A stretch of DNA of 33,156 nt from an uncultured bacterium (GTDB lineage Bacteria; CAIJMQ01): the NCBI GenBank assembly GCA_964573245.1, contig CAZNJA010000012.1, positions 252-33,407 of the forward strand, read 5' to 3'. Below, piece after piece: positions 31,501-33,156 of this stretch. The translations under genes were made by a program, and so were the position numbers. The notes under the pieces are model-generated. The model was given only the letters and a program-made list of their open reading frames with translations, did no database searches and was not told where the DNA came from. How positions within the stretch are numbered: position 1 is the stretch's first letter; each line of letters starts with the position of its first letter.

Positions 31501-33156
31501 ACCGCTCCTGTAGGAGGAGAGAAGTGGTATCGCGGGACCAGCGAGTATATTACCTGGAATGCACCTAAAGGAAAGGTAGATAATTTAAAGATAGAATATT
31601 CATTAGATGCAGGTTCAACCTGGGAGACGCCGGCTGTTACGGAATCGGTTCCCTCCTCTGCCGGACAATTTCTCTGGCTTATACCGAATACACCGAATGA
31701 TGATACGGTGGTAAAGATATCTAAAGTAGGGGATGCGGATATTTCTGATGTTTCACCGGTTTGGTTCTCATTGTTTGCTGATGTTGAATTGTTACAACCC
31801 AACGGAGGTGTGGACCTTCCTATCGGAAGCGATTATCTGATAACGTGGAATCCTATAGGTTCTCTTACGGAATGCAGGATAATGTATGCTACGGTTGAAA
31901 ATCCAACTGCAGGGGATTGGAAAGTCTGTAAAGATGCCAGTGAGCAATTGGCTGATATTCCCGACCCGGTAACAACAACTCAGTTTAGCTGGAGAATACC
32001 CGATGAACCCTCTACACACGTGTTGGTTAAGATTTATGAGAAGTCACATGCTGATGATGTGCTGGACATATCCGTAGCTGATAACGCTATTATAGGAAGT
32101 ATCACCGTGGACCATCCCACAAACGGCGACGTAATGATAGCCGAGAAACCATATTCGATTCAATACACAAAAACAGGTTCTTTGACCAACTTTAAAATTG
32201 ATTACCATGACGGAAGCCAATGGTATCCTATAGTTGCCGATACCACTGATTATCCTTCATATACCTGGGCTTCTGTTGATGATAATATTGGCTCTACTAT
32301 TAAAGTAAAAGTAACAGATGTTAACAATACCACAGTTTACGGCGAATCCAGTGCAGATAACATAATAAAAGGAGAGATAGACCTAACCGCTCCCAACGGC
32401 TATGAAACATTAGTTGTAGGCGTACCGTTTGATATTACCTGGGATAAATGGGGTAATATCGGTAATATAAAAATAGAATACTCAACAGATGATTTTGCAG
32501 ACGATATACGCACTATAGTTGATAGTTACGATGCAAATAGCAGTCCTCGCTCTTGGACTCCGGGAATAGATGACATTACCAATGCGGATAATGTCAAAGT
32601 GAGAGTTACCAGTATCGGCGGAATTCCGGTTACGGATGAATCACTAAATCCGTTCAAGATTCAAGGCAAGATAACCAACGTCCAACCCAGTGGCAGCGCG
32701 GTTATATGGAAGAAAGACGAATCTAAGAATGTTACCTGGGACCAGGATGGTAATATTGATAGTGTAGATATTCTATATAAGATTATTAGCACCGATACTT
32801 TCAATAAGACCCTTGTTACTAACCATACCGGCCACGCTGACGGCCCCAATTCAGCAGGGATTACAGTGCCCGATGAAAACTCGGAAGACTGCTGGGTACA
32901 GGTATTGGACCACGACAATTCCGATGTTAAAGCCTCTTCTGTTGCGGCATTCTCCATCAGGCCTATTATAACGGTTTCAGAACCTGTGCTTGACAGTAAT
33001 ATCGTTGTTGACTCTAGTAATACTGATGCTATTGTTTGGAGCTTAAACGGTTCTACTAAGGTGACACTCGTAGATATTCTATATAGTACAAACGGTATTG
33101 GCGGGCCTTTTGACAAAACCATTGACACAGGAGTAGATGCGACCTTAGGTAAATAC
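25534..33156 (+). CDS. Giant secreted repeat protein (putative adhesin), >2541 aa, 3'-truncated by window edge
   Basis: Manual frame +1 translation shows no stop from ATG 25534 to the end. Begins MESKTFTKEKFKAGWFKVGHIFHSPLVFILVFTILFFALSSHTAFA|RTKVQSG (long signal peptide). Absent from the ORF track, presumably because no stop codon is present. Confidence 0.95.
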   Translation, partial: MESKTFTKEKFKAGWFKVGHIFHSPLVFILVFTILFFALSSHTAFARTKVQSGYTGEITGTSHTIDIEPVDLDKAFIIFDFRCTTTSDTSQYPSAHAWAARFVDNDTIEFHRYYGASSAGHSISYYVVESDAYQVEYFETSLTAGQITKTVNLSNLTPSGKAVDFIPGQAFVVARVTDYNNTNGNSMNGWYTNFELTYNTSPTHDQIFLQRRTSESGDTSACNIWGFVIQLYDDSEVYYTAGGFNFVSGGELQQFSDIRDSSGGLSSLDRSKAFMIFQMDVNNSALTAETRGALASSTQICWNRRSASSTYTNPCHLFWYIIEQGTLGEAESGTRFIPSGTLSETHTFSSPLDVNLSFCRSAQDSTGPGTLYYRVRHTTQVINGGAQLELRRGESGQNAFCDFFAVKLEPMILFSPNDGGTFYANSDYDITWYAPECLGPYNASNNPPYDNDVEILLSNDGGTNWIPVMTTDNDEFETITFPSGPGTTGNTMRFKVRDPDWNKVAGVEIGSRTSAGDYYSSDISDIDLEIVPVIDIVSPDGGEVYAYEEDITFKWNYYGDSTSKTVKIMYDSSGGGGGYPVTIATGVTAASGAPDPVNGNGSYAYGASNWTSTPFPLSNTLKIRVEDEADNRVKGSSELNFTVTGEIILEAPNGGQMWKIGETEDITWTAAGADFMTNGVNILVSRNLGGSWSNIENGVVADSSPYHWTVEAPASTECLIKVQSADFPLMVDESDDIFEIRQVITVTEPSTPGEVWKVGEYKDIEWELQGTIDKVEIHYKKGVGGAWIPITESEYPTGYPAGSPYKYTWQVPNDIYDEVYIRVRDFDNNVIEYITPYISIKGKISVDAPNGGEEYTVGQTDVVITWSSTGTMTGEYVRVWFAKDGVDYAYMDVTAAMGYPSGKDVDSGSLAWNPVPDEITETGKIKVELIGDESSVYDVSNDTFSIQGGLTLTYPNGGVTLYVGATDSSRTITWDVDGSLVGQQVTLTYTIGGSGDKAIGSTGAMDGSFDWGASAGIPDDIGDNLIVKVALSSKPATVFDVSDSANKIRGKIASISSPTSVDEWYVDSDMYNIAWTMENDAVSMGNLEIRYSTSGASFPAIQVVETNVSPLASPVSWQVPDEAGIITTTAQIKIFAINYASDILKISDEFEIKGKITLTRPDHGTDYTWYVGTDENIEWTTKGITDIDKVNVYWDEGTETYTNQIADSIANVEGFLWQNIPAAAMGNTTRVKVAGYGDYSDVLDTSPQDAKYITVKGRVVVDSPNGDEEWVSGTEYPITWTPYGDIGNVHLEYHDGIGWHDITNPVTGVPATKLSEPWMIPADAAPGSAYKIKITALAPYDDVTDESDNLFTVRGSLDLTYPDGGAAQDFNVNDIEEIQWTKTGAIGNIELRYSITGGEPYLLANQIATNVSPTNQPEGEKYGAGVYYYPWSIPAPALSDTVKIKIFLISDEDNVYDESVSTFKVKGSLQLTGEANGEGAPTWKVGENKTITWDVVGALGNIDIYYAKDGIQFLDSVALDVPCGTGGNGSYLWEPIPNDVIDGARNENIKLKITTPAGDVSSTSLNPIIIQGQIIVAQPDPVLYVDDPDNPNDYYTITWTTKGIVGQVKLSYDTDGNGTYSNFIEQIDNDGDYDWDIPNSIGSQVKFKVEDSVYNQVFGITTDFEIKGQIKVTAPTSAIKDASAWIVDNAASGLPSQQLIEWTNYGDLGDDGGSNYYVVIKHAANGVTFDSEITNVASGNNGPQTFNWTIPDSIATINRIKVIDKNDSSVYDTSDEFEIKGKIVVTEPGPAIGDDYFIGGTPIDITWDYAGTLGNIDMFISYDDGVNWEVDPFATVDVGYSQPYQLSVPDNPTTQGKIKLEQTNDRTYVYSESKRFDIKGSVFMDSPTSLTEWTVDAADNRIEWHTTGSIANVTLDLDTTSGGGGYSIPIVASTPNDGEYIWSIPVGQYVAVTSGNLTSDQCKVRIRDASDPTVEDFSDDFKIKPMLEITAPVGGEKWYRGTSEYITWNAPKGKVDNLKIEYSLDAGSTWETPAVTESVPSSAGQFLWLIPNTPNDDTVVKISKVGDADISDVSPVWFSLFADVELLQPNGGVDLPIGSDYLITWNPIGSLTECRIMYATVENPTAGDWKVCKDASEQLADIPDPVTTTQFSWRIPDEPSTHVLVKIYEKSHADDVLDISVADNAIIGSITVDHPTNGDVMIAEKPYSIQYTKTGSLTNFKIDYHDGSQWYPIVADTTDYPSYTWASVDDNIGSTIKVKVTDVNNTTVYGESSADNIIKGEIDLTAPNGYETLVVGVPFDITWDKWGNIGNIKIEYSTDDFADDIRTIVDSYDANSSPRSWTPGIDDITNADNVKVRVTSIGGIPVTDESLNPFKIQGKITNVQPSGSAVIWKKDESKNVTWDQDGNIDSVDILYKIISTDTFNKTLVTNHTGHADGPNSAGITVPDENSEDCWVQVLDHDNSDVKASSVAAFSIRPIITVSEPVLDSNIVVDSSNTDAIVWSLNGSTKVTLVDILYSTNGIGGPFDKTIDTGVDATLGKY
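25678..26757 (+). repeat. Four ~80-100 aa H-type-lectin-like beta-sandwich repeats (protein level)
   Basis: Units VQSG..VDLDKAFII..IEFHR..SYYVVE; FIPGQAFVV..IFLQRR..WGFVIQ; LDRSKAFMI..ICWNRR..FWYIIE; AESG..LDVNLSF..LELRRG..DFFAVK. Confidence 0.55.
26761..33156 (+). repeat. Twenty complete plus one partial ~100 aa Ig-like repeats (Kre9/KNH-N, 'Ser-Thr-rich GPI-anchored' type)
   Basis: Recurring hxhxxP(N/D)GGExWxxGxxxxI(T/E)W...hxhxYSxDGGxxW...YxWxhP...hKhKh...DxSDxxFxI(K/Q)G, e.g. APNGGQMWKIGETEDITW (27484), APNGGEEYTVG (28075), SPNGDEEWVSG (29320), APVGGEKWYRG (31504). Confidence 0.85.

Noticed and set aside
27345-33128. Minus-strand ORFs of 61-184 aa in the ORF track
   Set aside because: Antisense shadows of the giant + strand ORF, with no recognisable motifs.

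Overview
Low-GC bacterial window, anaerobic (class III RNR) and diderm (lpxD, secretin). Gene content suggests Omnitrophota or a related lineage, which is inference only. The left ~11.8 kb is housekeeping: 5'-truncated nrdD plus an NrdH-like redoxin, CCA-adding enzyme, sensor kinase and sigma-54 activator, lpxD, an isocitrate dehydrogenase-family gene, purA and an SLC13/ArsB-like transporter. After a truncated glycosyltransferase-like stub that may mark an insertion junction, a co-directional locus of >21 kb runs off the right edge. It encodes a SurA/PrsA-like chaperone, ExeA-like AAA ATPase, GspC-like protein, secretin, membrane-anchored coiled-coil TPR protein, and a divergent F1-like ATPase set (b/delta fusion, alpha, gamma, beta) with no a, c or epsilon subunit. 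These are followed by a secreted protein with an uncharacterised 'WETMQ' domain, an HUH-dead RAYT-like transposase domain fused via a TM helix to a second WETMQ domain, a stand-alone subtilase-prodomain-like protein, and a giant secreted ORF missed by the ORF track (25534 to >33156, >2541 aa; 4 lectin-like repeats then ~21 Ig-like repeats). The best candidate for a new system is a secretin plus Fo-less F1-like motor linked to a giant adhesin, with a domesticated transposase as a possible transmembrane regulator. Several structured REP-like elements lie in the intergenic gaps.
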